64,000 nucleotides of DNA from an uncultured Chloroflexia bacterium (GCA_963714425.1 CAVQOI010000006.1:99629-163628), one strand, 5' to 3'. Positions 40,301 to 50,400 are shown, counted from the first letter of the stretch. Notes: a model not told the origin generated them from the sequence alone. Program-made: numbers and translations.

Positions 40301-40689
40301 CCAGCCGACTTGTGTCTTTGCCGCGAGGGAGACTCTGGCGACCAGGTATCCCAGCCATTGCTCAGGTCCGAAGCAGTCTGGCTTGCCACCGGCGGGTGCC
40401 AGGGCGTATCGATAAATTGGCGATGAGACGCCTTTGATGTGCCAGATGGGAGATTCCCCTTCAGGCGTGTGTCTGGGCTGGTGATGGAATCCAACACGGT
40501 CTCACTGGATGGATCGCCCGAATCTTGTACAAGGGCAGGCTCATTTGCGTGCTTACCGGCTTGATCTGCAATGCTTTGTGCATCCGAGACCCGTTCTAGG
40601 TTGACTCGGCTTACAGCACTTAGCACAAGCGCGACTAAACTCATCGCAGCAACAACGACGGAAATCAGGATCAGTGAGCGCGATTTCAT
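32215..40689 (-). CDS. giant (~2820 aa) N-terminally anchored surface protein with multiple DUF11 (conserved repeat) domains
   Basis: The likely start is ATG 40689 (MKSRSLILISVVVAAMSLVALVLSAV, RBS gagg). The ORF is open to 40737. At least seven DUF11-type cores are present ((L/I/V)TDT(L/Y)P(V/L/A/E)(S/G/H/N)(T/M)...). There are also many Ig-like modules and two CGGCW-containing modules. Confidence 0.85.
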   Translation of the reverse strand: MKSRSLILISVVVAAMSLVALVLSAVSRVNLERVSDAQSIADQAGKHANEPALVQDSGDPSSETVLDSITSPDTRLKGNLPSGTSKASHRQFIDTPWHPPVASQTASDLSNGWDTWSPESPSRQRHKSAGANTLQSVGSPAERLNELAAADFTALSPVASLQGAGKAAFPRLLSPQAHEPPPAGVNVDMAYDVLFGYVSAGDLVTATAFGGSAFGATYADGVGFYFTPLWGTDGRQVDLVGGESIDVYINGTFLQSIILPTFSGELQTTTEQVVGNLGGVSADSEVTASLGIWAWEPNSETPRATATTDGLGDFTASFSEDVGPHNFARIDTIVGGGHVYHYAYPGDEFNVDTFNWIFGYAEPYQPVTVTVYVAGTSTVRGSQTVYGYWPHGDYGAELEVVPGDTIEVDLGGGNLQTLDTSLLTASVNLSANVITGQAPALQPVRVFLYNWMLGTYTETQTTTDAGGNYTATFPAYDLTAQDNIYPAYAAVDGSEVMLSVFPPRITAHTDWNAVAGSADTPLQPFTYTLNQGGMDYTISGQTDATNGTGWVDFGALGVDIVAGDIITLETATWSGSMVVADLTLTADTTNDGYLGNADLPGEVTIVSFPWPAWTYPVYRMASGTAPATPSFSIAMPGQDVRAGTSGRVLHYDANNFATRKDFEVRYFNVVMPWGVSSPQYDPDEVITATLYESDQTTIKRQVSTDNDGSAEWYWLKFDGEIAAGDWMSVTNGSDWGGWLQVPDLTTTIDRATDLITGKGSQGLLYVDGWDPASSFGAWAPTYPSGGEQVYAVDASAYGMDMDFGTGAAVSYQALDGNRAQAYFAYPNLTARYNPDGSSTIFGGNAIPGNTIYITITNSLDEVVASGTTEAGSGWWGATSYALEFPDYSLTPGDLIAMDFGSGLQDTLLIVELTAQADIATDLVTGLAPADALLRGWIGDSVGNWTELKDVQVSTSGTYTLDFGSIGWDVNNGDSISVYYLAGHGHEIERNINLPRPELYLSVYNTNGGAQPGGPYAFGVNFSNDGELAAQDVQVVVTLPPSTTLAGDTFGVTPEIGAGGVVTWSLGTLAPYEQRNVFVTVLLDPAHPTGDGALAPLCGSITTSTSGDSDPGNDSACSGTANVQVDDIDIRVDKWPNPGDVVAGQEFVYDVQYCNDRFAAAGPVWLTDTLPVSTTFVSLEPRNWWGEVFWSEQTVNDGVLQLYFPSMPGQNCTNLNLRLLADPALPLNTTLSNRVEVSTAGDINPDNNVRMNEEARISNPRADLNLGKYFNNGVLTPGNEYGYKLDYWNSGNILVSGRLTDTLPAGTAYVEGSAYDYNGQPIDPVLVMDDVIVWDVGEIGVSWGFGLTYRLLILESTAPGTALLNCATIAPDAEEDTPYNNTACDEQQVYEHGPNLRVSKYHEWYGDGWLHYEIDLSNVGDEGVYSPIVTDTYPLSTTFAGWGHDYWEWIDLIVEDPGNHTLSWQLNRMEPGWGTRIRFDAPLDTPGQRMVWYTNTVEISAPEGETNPADNTYTDVAFSGGEVDQFEMWVGTDHSDAWGSAQPDSTVSVLNQGETYTAYADPSCGGCWSMPDIGPVWPGYTFTVTAGAGLMPVEIHVPDPFDVASNSQTDQVTGQLGVDPGSWLRVELNGYSGKDAQVDASGYYTVTFNDIPRGGQGHVRYETTMDLATAVFHRRYQSPDLLMSTNVAHDWVQGRYELGHTVWITVTESDGVTEKAHAQVETYNIPWWGGQPGFEPQGDDWVPSHPDIQEGDWVYGLVDNGYTSTIHIGSITGSVDPDNDRIEGTVLAEWISQPVELRCHTWGSPNGEAPQKQDYVQPDGVDVYTCAWDPLSEWDVLAGQDIGVEYYEPDGDSVFNAFHAPSPDIGVQVSSHGNAGEGGNLQLQVQYINQGELDANNVVITQTLEGMQYLDDTSGMPIVTGINPSGDPYVVFQLGTLPPGNWLQFDVFAQVTAPALETITSTARIAGTPDGGNPDDNERSWSGQVLDNDTHVNLGKGAWTGDPTPGGQFVWEVNTCNNGSTGSSALVLTDTLPAHMALLNWWGQHAGWTEVSSDASELVVMRPSLPQGWCSQVYLRFLVDVDAPVGTNIENIAEVWAANDLESNDNQASNWVNINNPHTNINVNKWWGGGSLVPGGTFRYHMQYQNNGNVPVDGVLITDTLPVSTTLNYIQRFDRHWSFIEDVTPLSINGNQVVWVVGSIENGEVGHYEVSVRADEDAAPGTLLVNTVEISHLPGEDTYDDNTSTWTETLFDHGPNLRLSKRYWWNGDSQLGYQIDFANIGDQTVAGVWITDTLPENTQWDGWWNMGFDWNRLVTSELTPGQLRWQFSEMYPGDSGWLQFNANLDDPIARPRWYTNTAEISLHPDESNPEDNIATTETVLGEVERVELWVSQGSYGMWGEAMPGVTVTVTKGAEQFTAWADPGCGGCWNIGDIPWVTPGETITVTAGAGLLPVVITAPDPFSVQADSSTDTVWGQIDQPGPEVVNVHLDGYGGMNVQTDENGNFAATFADIPPGGNGEVRYDTTIDYAHVYFHHRFQAEDLLLRVNYGHDWLQAIYPAGHTVWITVTDSLDVEKATYEEITYAGGAWGSDGFESQGHLWSPNQPDIAEGDWIQARSDDGRTAEVHIGEITGDLDLDTDSVSGTITAPFVETLRMTCQVWTEDAPEQIEGSVDPAGGSYNCSWAGVYDLQPDMNVAVSYFEPVEHQIINVFSIGRPHLYINKWADGQPSSGGQYTFHIHYANQGNGPAENVLITDTLSAGMTYLGGTSPFPLVSNDPLVWDLGTLPNGADSFFDVYVQVDAPAGTALSNTAQIGTSNPWENSPPRK

Positions 40690-41172
40690 GTTTAACCTCT
40701 TACCTAGACTGATTGACTTACGCAAAGTTACTCCCAATTGCCGGAGAGAATTGATGCTGAGATCAACCCGTTCCGAGGGAAATCTATACCATCAAGTCAG
40801 CTTGGTAACATTAATTTTTTTCTTACCGACGATTTACCGTTTAAATCCCGCCCGAAACAATCGTTTACGACCAACACTAAGCTGCCAAAGGCTGTTTCTG
40901 CCTTGGCTGGCAAAGCGTTAGCAACGCACATCTAATATTAGTACAATTTTACACTAATGTGGACGCAAGTCAATAAACCTTAAGTAGGGGAGGCCTGTCT
41001 CATCCAGGGCGTGGTTCAGCATCAACTTCTTCCCACGCGCGCACTAAGGGTAAGTCCTGTTGAGCACAAATAAGCAGTTGCAACAGCTGCGGGTCATTTC
41101 TGCAAGCGACCACGCTGCCGGCAGTGACATTCACAACTGTCGCTAACAGCTATACTTACTGGGGAAATGTGC

Positions 41173-42033
41173 TTACGCCGCTACAGCTTTTGAGCGTTTG
41201 CGGAAAGCTTTTATCCAGCGCATGGCGTACTCGTCGCGACCCATTAACAGATCGCTCGCAAGCAGCATGGTCTGGATCTCGGGCACGGTTGGATCGGTGA
41301 TGGCGGCAGTCATCCCCCGCGCGATTGCCAGGGCAAGGTAGGCAATATTGATCACCTTGCGGTCCGGTAACCCGAAGGACACATTGCTGGCGCCCAGGCT
41401 CAGGTTGACGCCCAGCTCGTCCCGCACCAGAGCAATCGAGTCCAGGGTGACTTGCCCGGCCTTGTAATCCGCACCGACTGTCAATGCCAGACAATCGATC
41501 AGGATATCCTCGGCGGGGATGCCGTAGTCCGCAGCCCGTTGGATCAATTTCCTGGCAACCGCCAGGCGCGCAGCTGGTGTAGCCGGGATGCCGCTCTCAT
41601 CGGTGATCACCCCGATGACTGCTGCGCCGTACTCTTTCGCCAGGGGCAGCACTTGCTGCATCATGCTCTCTTCAGCGGTAGTTGAATTGATCAACGCCTT
41701 GCCGGGAAAGATCTCCAGGGCCGCTTTGAGGGCCTCAGGGTTGGCTGAGTCGAAGCACAAGGGCACCTGCGCCACTTCCATGACTGCCTGCACTGCACCC
41801 CGTAACAGAGCCGGTTCGTCCGCACCCGGTACACCCGCGTTTACATCCAGGATCTGCGCCCCGGCCTCCACCTGCTTACGGGCGTCCTCCTGGACGACGG
41901 TGAAATCACCCTGTGCCATGCTCTCAGCCAGCTTCTTTCTCCGGGTGGGATTGATCCGCTCGCCGATGATGGCAAAGGGTTGGTCAGGGCTGATGATGAC
42001 CGACCGGTCCTTGAATGCTAATCTCGTTTCCAT
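41173..42033 (-). CDS. methyltetrahydrofolate:corrinoid methyltransferase (pterin-binding domain protein)
   Basis: 286 aa. FAIIGERINPTRRKKLAESMAQGDF...EAGAQILDVNAG is typical of AcsE/MtrH/MetH pterin-binding barrels. Confidence 0.8.
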   Translation of the reverse strand: METRLAFKDRSVIISPDQPFAIIGERINPTRRKKLAESMAQGDFTVVQEDARKQVEAGAQILDVNAGVPGADEPALLRGAVQAVMEVAQVPLCFDSANPEALKAALEIFPGKALINSTTAEESMMQQVLPLAKEYGAAVIGVITDESGIPATPAARLAVARKLIQRAADYGIPAEDILIDCLALTVGADYKAGQVTLDSIALVRDELGVNLSLGASNVSFGLPDRKVINIAYLALAIARGMTAAITDPTVPEIQTMLLASDLLMGRDEYAMRWIKAFRKRSKAVAA

Positions 42034-42041
42034 GTCCCCTC

Positions 42042-42668
42042 CTAACTGAGCATCTGGCGCACGGTGCGCACAGCCACAGACGCATCCGGAGCAAAAGCGT
42101 CAGCGCCGATCTGGCGGGCGAACTCCGCGGTTACCGGTGCGCCGCCGATCACAACCTTCACCTGGCTGCGGATTCCAGCCTCCTCGAGCGCCTGGATGGT
42201 GTTTTTCATATTGCTCATCGTCGTTGTAAGCAATGCCGACATACCTACCACCTGTGCGCCACTTTGCGCTGCCTGGACGAATGCCTGCGGGGAGACGTCC
42301 ACGCCTAGGTCCTGCACCTCATAGCCAGCCCCTCCAAGCATCATCGCTACCAGGTTCTTACCGATATCGTGCAGGTCACCCTTGACCGTACCGATAGCAA
42401 TCTTGCCAGCCGATTTTACGCCGCTTTCCACCAACTGGGGCTTGAGAAGCGCCAGCCCGGTCTGCATGGCGCGGGCTGCGACAAGCATTTCGGGGACGAA
42501 GAAATCGCCCTCCTCAAACCTGCGGCCAACTTCATTCATGGCTGCAATCAGTGCATCATTCAATATCAACTCTGCCGCCATTCCCCGCGCCAGGGCAGCC
42601 TTAACGCCTTCCTGAACCTGAGGCGCATCCCCATCGATCACGGAATTGTAGAGTCCTGTCAGATCCAT
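42042..42668 (-). CDS. corrinoid (B12-binding) protein
   Basis: 208 aa with a helical cap plus a Rossmann domain carrying the DxHxxG motif (GDLHDIGKNLV). It sits 8 nt upstream of the methyltransferase. Confidence 0.85.
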   Translation of the reverse strand: MDLTGLYNSVIDGDAPQVQEGVKAALARGMAAELILNDALIAAMNEVGRRFEEGDFFVPEMLVAARAMQTGLALLKPQLVESGVKSAGKIAIGTVKGDLHDIGKNLVAMMLGGAGYEVQDLGVDVSPQAFVQAAQSGAQVVGMSALLTTTMSNMKNTIQALEEAGIRSQVKVVIGGAPVTAEFARQIGADAFAPDASVAVRTVRQMLS

Positions 42669-43091
42669 TTCTTTTCCTTAGTGAGATTGGTGTTTGATCG
42701 CCAGATTGTGGTCTGTTGTCCGTTTGCTTGTGAGTTCCTGGTATATCCCGGGAAAGCGCAGCACCGTGAATCATGCGCCCACCGGTGTAATTATAAACCA
42801 GGGAGCGCCGCTATTTCCTTTGTCCCTGACTGAAGTACCACCCGCTTCTGGCGCACGCCAGCCATACATTCAGCTGATGGATTCCTGTTCGCTCCTGTCG
42901 AGAGGTTCGTGGGTCGCATGCCCCATGAGTGCTTCAATATATCCGAGGGCAGGATTAGGGCACCTCGATCGATCCGATGCACTGGCACTTAATAGATCTC
43001 TATTGAGTGCCAGCTTTTTGATTCTCCCCAAGCATAAGCCGGCGGGAGAAAAGGAGGTAACCACACAATTTGCGCAACCACAACCGGGTAC

Positions 43092-43298
43092 ATGCAACGC
43101 TCGGAACTTACTGACTGTAACGAAATGGCAGAATTGGCGCGAGCCCACCAGAAAACCGTTTGCTGCTGGATCAAGCGAAACAAACTTAAAGCAATCCAAG
43201 TTGACCCCCGTACTTTTCGTGCCCCGGTAGGGCACATCGAAAAGTTTCTGCACCAGATTGATTACTGTAAGACCGATGCGCTTCCCTGCGTTAAGTAG
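43092..43298 (+). CDS. excisionase-family (MerR-superfamily) HTH protein
   Basis: EMAELARAHQKTVCCWIKRNKLKAIQVDPRTFRAPVGHIEKFL matches the HTH_17/Xis-type pattern (…TVyrWIkxGkLkAiq…yRIp…le.FL). Confidence 0.55.
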   Translation: MQRSELTDCNEMAELARAHQKTVCCWIKRNKLKAIQVDPRTFRAPVGHIEKFLHQIDYCKTDALPCVK

Positions 43299-43430
43299 CC
43301 GTCACAGTGGGGTATAATTAAGAACCCAGAAAAGGGAACGAAAACCTCTCATCTCTACCCTACGAAATTGGTTTTGTAAAGTTATCTCTACCGCCGAGCG
43401 CCGGGAAACCAGGCCCTTTTCTCCGAAAGT

Positions 43431-44411
43431 TTGATGTCGTTAGAAAGAAGGGCAATGTTTAAACGGATCCTCGTCCCACTGGATAGTTCAAAGTTGGCGG
43501 AGTGTGTTCTGCCGCATCTGGTTGCCATTGCCAGGATCTGTGAACCAGAAGTGCAGTTGTTGCGCGTTTCGGAACCTCTTGGTGTGACAGCGCGCTTGCG
43601 CTTGATTGACCCGGTGGATTGGCTGACCCGTAAAGCTGAGGCAGGGAGTTATCTCTCGGGTATCACTGAGCGCTTACAGGATGCTGGCTTGCGAGTATCG
43701 ATGCAGCTTTACGATGGAAGACCTGCTGAACGGATTATTGAAATTGCTCACACCTGGAATGCAGACCTGATCTTGATGAGCAGTCACGGTCAGAGCGGTT
43801 TAAGTCCGTGGAATGTCAGCAGCGTTGTACAGCAGGTCATTCTGCGCGCCCACCGTTCCTTCATGATCATCCGAGCCTATCAACCCGTAACTGCCGACCT
43901 GACAGGCCTGCGTTACCGCAAGATATTCCTTCCGCTGGACGGTTCCCAGCGAGCGGAAATGCCACTGAATATAGCTGAATCTCTGGCAAATGCCCACAAC
44001 AGCGAGATCCTGGCAGCCCACGTTGTTCGGCAGCCGGAACTGCCTCGCCGGACATCTGCTTCGCAGGAAGACTTGCTGCTGGTCAACCAATTGACGGAGC
44101 GGAATCGAGTCGAAGCGATCAAATATCTTGAAGATCTGAGATCTCGGGTAGATGTGACTATCCATACAATACTGGAGGTCAGCCCTAGTATCAGCCGCTC
44201 CTTGCACCAGATCGCTGAGCAGCACAATGTAGATCTGACTATTTTAAGCGCCCATGGTTATTCTGGTGATACACGCTGGCCCTATGGCAGTGTAGGGCTT
44301 GGCTTTATCGTATACGGCAGTACGCCGCTGCTGATCCTGCAGGATTTGCCGACCAACGGGATCGAGCCAACCCAGGCGGAGATCGCCGCCCGTGAAAGCG
44401 GAGGCCACTAG
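43431..44411 (+). CDS. tandem universal stress protein (2 x UspA domain)
   Basis: FKRILVPLDSS... and YRKIFLPLDGS... begin two Usp domains. Each ends with ...SHG.SG... motifs. Confidence 0.85.
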   Translation: MMSLERRAMFKRILVPLDSSKLAECVLPHLVAIARICEPEVQLLRVSEPLGVTARLRLIDPVDWLTRKAEAGSYLSGITERLQDAGLRVSMQLYDGRPAERIIEIAHTWNADLILMSSHGQSGLSPWNVSSVVQQVILRAHRSFMIIRAYQPVTADLTGLRYRKIFLPLDGSQRAEMPLNIAESLANAHNSEILAAHVVRQPELPRRTSASQEDLLLVNQLTERNRVEAIKYLEDLRSRVDVTIHTILEVSPSISRSLHQIAEQHNVDLTILSAHGYSGDTRWPYGSVGLGFIVYGSTPLLILQDLPTNGIEPTQAEIAARESGGH

Positions 44412-44414
44412 TCC

Positions 44415-47400
44415 GTGCTGGATCAGGCCCCCATCATGCCGGCAGGGCTGCAGCCCGAGACCCAGCCGGACAATCCGCCAGTCGACCTGGAGAGTAAGGC
44501 TCGCTGGCTGGCAGAAGATCACCGCCGCCATACCCAGACACCCCCTGGCCTGCACACCAGCTCGACTGGTGTAGGTCAAAGCTCACCAAACCCAGCAGGG
44601 CTCTTATCGGCGCGCCTCCCCCGTTACATTTCAATACTTAAGGAAGCTGCCGGTCGCTTGCAAGCGCAAACCTCGAAAGCTGGACAGCTCTCGCTGGCCG
44701 CTGAATGGCTGCTGGATAATTATTACATTGCGTCGCAGGCGCTCCGCGATGTTCAGCAAGATCTGCCGCCACATTATGAACGCCAGCTCCCTCGCTTGCA
44801 AGCAGGGCAGGCGCGTATCTACGATCTATCCGTAGAGATTATCCAATCCGAGAATGCCCTTCTCGACCTTGGGCGTGTCGAACGCTTCGTACGTGCTTAT
44901 CAAGAAGCGCAGCCGCTCACGATGGGTGAGTTGTGGGCACTGCCGACCATGCTGCGACTGGGGATTCTGGAATGCCTATTGGCGGCGGTTGCCCGGCTCA
45001 CAGAGCTTCCCGGAGAGGCGATTAAGGCAAGTGCGCCCATCTTGAAGTCCCTTGGACAACTCGACGACCCGCAAACCGTGGAAAATAGTTTCCGCAGCTT
45101 GCGAGTCCTGGCTGTTTTTGATTGGAAGCATTTCATTGAATCCTTAAGTCTGGTGGATGCTACCCTGCGCCAGGACCCGGCAAGGCTGTATGCTGGCATG
45201 GACTTTGAGACACGTGACCGTTACAGGAAGGTCGTGGAAGAAATCGCCACTTCAGGGCAGGCTGATGAGCTGGCAGTCGCCCAAGCTGCCGTAAGCCTGG
45301 CACGCGCTGGGGTAGAACAGCTCATTCCCTCGCAAGAATCACCAGATCCGGATGATCATCCATATCCAGGAGATCAACTTATCGGCTGGGATCGATTCCG
45401 CTCGCAGCTTGACGAACATGTTGGGTATTATCTGTTGGATCGGGGTCGCCCGGCACTGGAACAGGCTGCTGGGAACATTTCAAAACCCGGGCAGCGGCTG
45501 CATCGCTTCACCCACGCTCACCCCACTCCAATTTACCTCGGGTCGATCGCATTTCTTACGCTTGGATTGATCATGATCGCACTGGCTTTTGCCGCTATGC
45601 TCAGGGCGCCGGCAGACGGACTCCTCTTGGTTTTCGTTCTCGCCCTGGTCCCAGCGCTAACGACCGCTGTGGACCTGGTCAACTGGGCGGTCACGCAGGT
45701 CGTCAAGCCGGAAGGCCTCCCACGCATGGATTTCAGCCAGGGATTGCCACAGGAGTGTGCAGCCTTGGTTGTCATACCGGCCTTGCTGTCTGGGCCCGAT
45801 GAGGTCGATTCGCTGGTGGAACAGTTGGAGCAGCACTACCTGCGTAACGCTGACCCAGGGCTCACCTTTGCTTTAGTGACCGACTTCAAGGATGCCCCGG
45901 CAGAAAACCAACCTGGCGATGCCGACCTGGTTGGACGAGCGCAGCAAGGGATCCGCAGTCTAAATACAAAATACCAGCAGGCAGGGCAGGGGCCTTCCAC
46001 TGAAGGGCGCTTCGTACTTCTTCAGCGGGAGCGGCGTTGGAATCCCTCCGAAGGCGTTTGGATGGGCTGGGAACGCAAGCGCGGCAAACTGCATGAACTG
46101 AATCGCTTGATCCTGGCAGCCCAAGGCGTCTCCTTGGGCAGTTCTTCCATTAATAGCGCATCCTCATTCCCAATTCGTGAGGGGGATCTGTCTTTCCTTA
46201 AGCTCGTGCGCTATGTGATTACCTTGGACGCAGATACAATCCTGCCGCGCGACGCCGCCCGAGAGTTGATCGCGGTCCTGGCTCATCCCCTGAATCGCGC
46301 CCATCTCAAACCAGCGGTTGCAGGGGAGTGCGGCGAAAAAATAGTCGCAGGTTATACCATTCTCCAGCCACGTACGGATATCAATCCGATTAGCAGCGCT
46401 GCATCTTACTTCACGCGCATCTTTTCGGGGGATACTGGCCTTGACCTATACACCCGGGCTGTCTCGGATGTCTACCAGGACCTCTTCGGAGAAGGCAGCT
46501 ACGTCGGTAAGGGAGCATACGAGGTCGACAGCTTCGAGCGCAGCCTGGAGGGGTGCATCCCCGAAAATTCCCTGCTCAGCCATGACCTGCTAGAGGGAAT
46601 TCATGGGCGGACAGCGTTAGTGACCAGTACCGTCTTGATCGAGGACCTGCCGCCTAACTACCTGGTGCATGGCCGCCGGCTGCACCGTTGGACCAGTGGC
46701 GATTGGCAGCTCCTGCCGTGGCTGTTCTCACGCCGCCTGTCGGCGATCAGCCGTTGGAAGATTCTGGATAACCTGCGGCGTAGCCTGGTGGCCCCGTCCC
46801 TTCTGTTATTCATCCTGGCCGGATGGCTGGTCCTGCCCGGTTCTCCCGGGACCTGGACGGTTATTGGAGCACTCGTCCTGGCTGTGCCGGTGATGACCGG
46901 GGTCTTCGGAGCGTTTCGCCGGCGATTGGGTGGCCAGCCGGTGCGCCAGACCGAGGCCGGCATAAGAAATAGCTTCTTCCGCTGGCTACTAGCCCTGGCA
47001 TTTCTCCCGTACGAGGCGCAGATTGCCACAGACGCAATACTAAAAACACTGGTGCGGCTGGGCATCACCCATCGCGGATTGCTGCGTTGGACAACCAGCG
47101 ACCAGGCTGCCCGCCGCTTGGTTGATCGGGTTGCCCTGGCGACCTGGCGGAAGATGGCCTTTTCTCCCATCCTGGCGATCGTTCTGGTTCTCCTGATCAC
47201 ACTGCTTCAACCGGCAGCGCTCGCCTGGGCCGCCCCCTTGTTGGCAGCCTGGACCTTGGCTCCCGGGATAGCCATTTGGGTCAGCCGGCCTCTGTCGCGG
47301 CGGGCGGCAAAGCTCGATAACAGCCAGGTGCGAGAGCTGCGCCGGCTGGCTCGCCGCACCTGGCTGTTCTTTGAACAGTTTATCAGTCCTGAAGATCAGT

Positions 47401-50400
47401 GGTTGCCCCCCGACCACTTTCAGGAATCACCCCTGGGGATCGTCGCCCATCGCACCTCGCCGACCAATATCGGTTTATCCTTGCTTTCCGCCATGGGGGC
47501 ATACGACCTGGGCTATCTTGAGGCCCTCACGCTGTCCACGCGTCTGACCTCTTCACTTGACACACTTGAAAAGCTGGAGCGCTTCCGGGGTCACTTATTA
47601 AACTGGTATGACACACGCAGCCTGGATCCATTGCAGCCTCGCTACGTATCCACAGTGGATAGCGGCAACCTGGCAGCCTGCCTGCTGGCACTGCGCCAGG
47701 GCTGTCTGGAAGTCCTTGGTCACCCTGTATTGCGCTGGGAATCATTTGAAGGGCTGCTAGACGCCATCGACCTGCTCGATGATGTGTTCCGTGACCAGGA
47801 GGCCCCGTCTCTACAACCGGCGATCGATAAGCTGAGAAGTGCGCTCAGCTCGATCGTCCAAGCCATCCAATCCGTGAAAGATGAGCCGGCACGGTGGATA
47901 GGTTTGCTCTTCGGAATTAGGTAGCAGTGGGAATGGTCAGGTATCGCCGCGGAATTGGTCCGAGATCGACCGTCTCATCGTGGAACTGGTGGAGTCCAAT
48001 GCCCCTGAGTTGGGTGCAGAAAACCTGCGCCGCCTGCGGTATTACAACCGGGGCGTGCGCCAGCAGCTCAACAGTACACAGCGCTGTATTGATTTACTCC
48101 TGCCGTGGCTTGCCGCTTTCCAGGACATCCCTGCCCTGTTCCGTGATGGAGATCTAAACTCCAGCCTGGCGGAAGACTGGCAGGCTCTGGAGATGATTTT
48201 TTCTAAGCAGCCTTCTTTGGTGGAGATCCCTGCCGCCTGCCAGGCAGGTCGCCAGGCATTAAGACAGCTCAAGGATTCCATAAAAACTCAGGATGGTGCA
48301 GGTTGGGAAGAGGCACGCCGCTGGGTACAAGGCCTGGAGAATTCGCTGGATTCTGACGGAATGAAGGCTGAGGTCCTTGTGATCAGTTTTAATGACCTGG
48401 CGCGTCGCAGCGATGCTCTCTTCCAGGCAATGGATTTTTCCTTCCTGTTCGATTCTCAGCGCCAGGTCTTCCATATTGGCTACAACGTCACCACAAGCGA
48501 CCTGGATATGAATTATTACGACTTGCTGGCCTCGGAAGCTCGTCTCGCCAGCCTGGTGGCTATTGCCAAGGGGGAGGTCCCACAGAGTCATTGGCTGCAC
48601 CTCGGTCGCCCCATTACGCGTGTAGACGGCCGGCAAGCACTCCTCTCGTGGAGCGCCACGATGTTTGAGTACCTCATGCCGCGATTGATGGTGAGCAGCG
48701 AACCCGGCACCCTGCTTGGCCAAACCCTGGAAGTAGTAGCCGACCGCCAGATCGAATATGGGCGTGAGAAGAACATCCCCTGGGGAATTTCGGAATCGGG
48801 GTATTACCGCTTTGATGCTAACCAATTCTACCAATATCGCGCTTTGGGGTGCCTGGGTTGGGCTATAAGCGTGGTTTGGCCGATGACTTGGTCATCACCC
48901 CGCACGCTTCGCTGCTTGCCCTGCCGCTGCGCCCACGTGAGGTTCTCCAGAATATAGAGCACCTCAAACGGCTGGGCATGCTCGGGATGTACGGTTTTTA
49001 TGAAGCAGCCGACTTCACACTGGCACGCCTTGCGGTGGGCCAGGAGAAAGCGATTGTACAGTCCTACATGGCTCACCACCAGGGGATGATCATGCTCTCG
49101 CTGGTCAATTATTTGCAGAGAGATGCGATGGTACGGCGCTTCCAGCGCGACCCACGAATCCAAAGTGTAGAATTGCTGTTATTGGAGCAGATTCCAAAAG
49201 ACGCACCTATCGAGCAGCCGAATGCTGAAGGTTCATCGGGGATGCGCTCTATACAGACCCGCAATCTTGCCAGCCCCTGGCAAGTGGATTCGCAAGCTCC
49301 TCAACCCAGGGTGCATTACCTCTCGAATGGCCACTACAGAGTACTGATTACCGCCGCTGGCAGTGGGTATAGCGCCTGGGAGGATGTTGATCTGACCCGC
49401 TGGCAGCCCGATACAACCCTGGATAACTGGGGGACCTGGATCTATGTCCAGGACCAGGAGAGTGGCGCAACCTGGTCGTCAGGTCTTCAGCCAACTTTAG
49501 TAGTTGGCGATGAGCATGAGGTCTTCTTTAGCAGTCACTTTGCCGAGTTCCGCCGCCAAAACGGCCTCCTGGCTCAGGTGACACAGGTCTTCGTCGCCCC
49601 GGAAGAGGATGTTGAGGTTCGTCTGGTGACCCTAACGAACCATGGGGATTTGCCGCGGCATTTACAGCTGACCAGCTATGGAGAGGTCGTCCTGGCGCCT
49701 CAGGTCGCCGACGCCCGCCATCCGGCTTTCAACAAGCTGTTTATCGAAAGTGAGCCGCTGCCAAGGGGCAATGGGTTGCTTTTCAGCCGCCGCCCGCGTT
49801 CTGGGTCGGAAGAAGAGATTTTTTTGGCCCATGCGCTGGTGACTGACTCAGGCGAGATCACGGTTGTGCGGCCCAGGCTGGAAACCGACCGCGGCAAGTT
49901 CTTGGGGCGCGGCCGCAGCGCCCGTCATCCGGCTGCCCTGGAAGCAGGCTTGTTGCCTGGAATCGGGAACTCTCTCGACCCGATCTATTCGATTAGCCAG
50001 GGAGTCTATCTACCGCCGCATACCACCCTAAGCTTTGCTTTCCTGACGGCCGCAGCACGCTCGGCGGAGAGCTCCACGGCATTAATTGAGAGCTACTCAG
50101 CCCTAAGTGCAATCCAGGCAGCCCGAGAAAAGGCCCGCGTGCTCGCTGAAGTAGAATTAGCCGAATTGGATATCTCCACCCCCCTGTTGAAAGATTTTCA
50201 AACCCTTTTGTCTTTGTTGGTTTTCCCTTCTCATGCACTCCGGGCCAGCCCTGAGCGGTTAGCTGCTAACCAAAAAGGCCAAGCAGGACTGTGGCCCTTT
50301 GCAATTTCTGGTGATTACCCCATCTTGCTTGTCGAAATTGGGACCGAGCAGGAGCTTACCCTGGCCCGAGAGCTGCTCCAGGCGCACACTTACTGGCGCA

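Noticed and set aside
40690-40737. Upstream start (40737) for the giant protein
   Set aside because: The first 16 codons precede a much better signal-anchor start (MKSRSLILISVVV...) that has a gagg RBS. I kept it only as an alternative.
42669-43090. Possible cobalamin riboswitch in the long leader of the corrinoid-protein operon
   Set aside because: The minus strand has AGTCAGGGAC, which resembles the first half of a B12 box, and a GGTGCC element. The rest of the B12 box (…ACCTGCC) and the GCCACTG / GGGAA core elements are not present in the right order. An Rfam scan is needed before any call.
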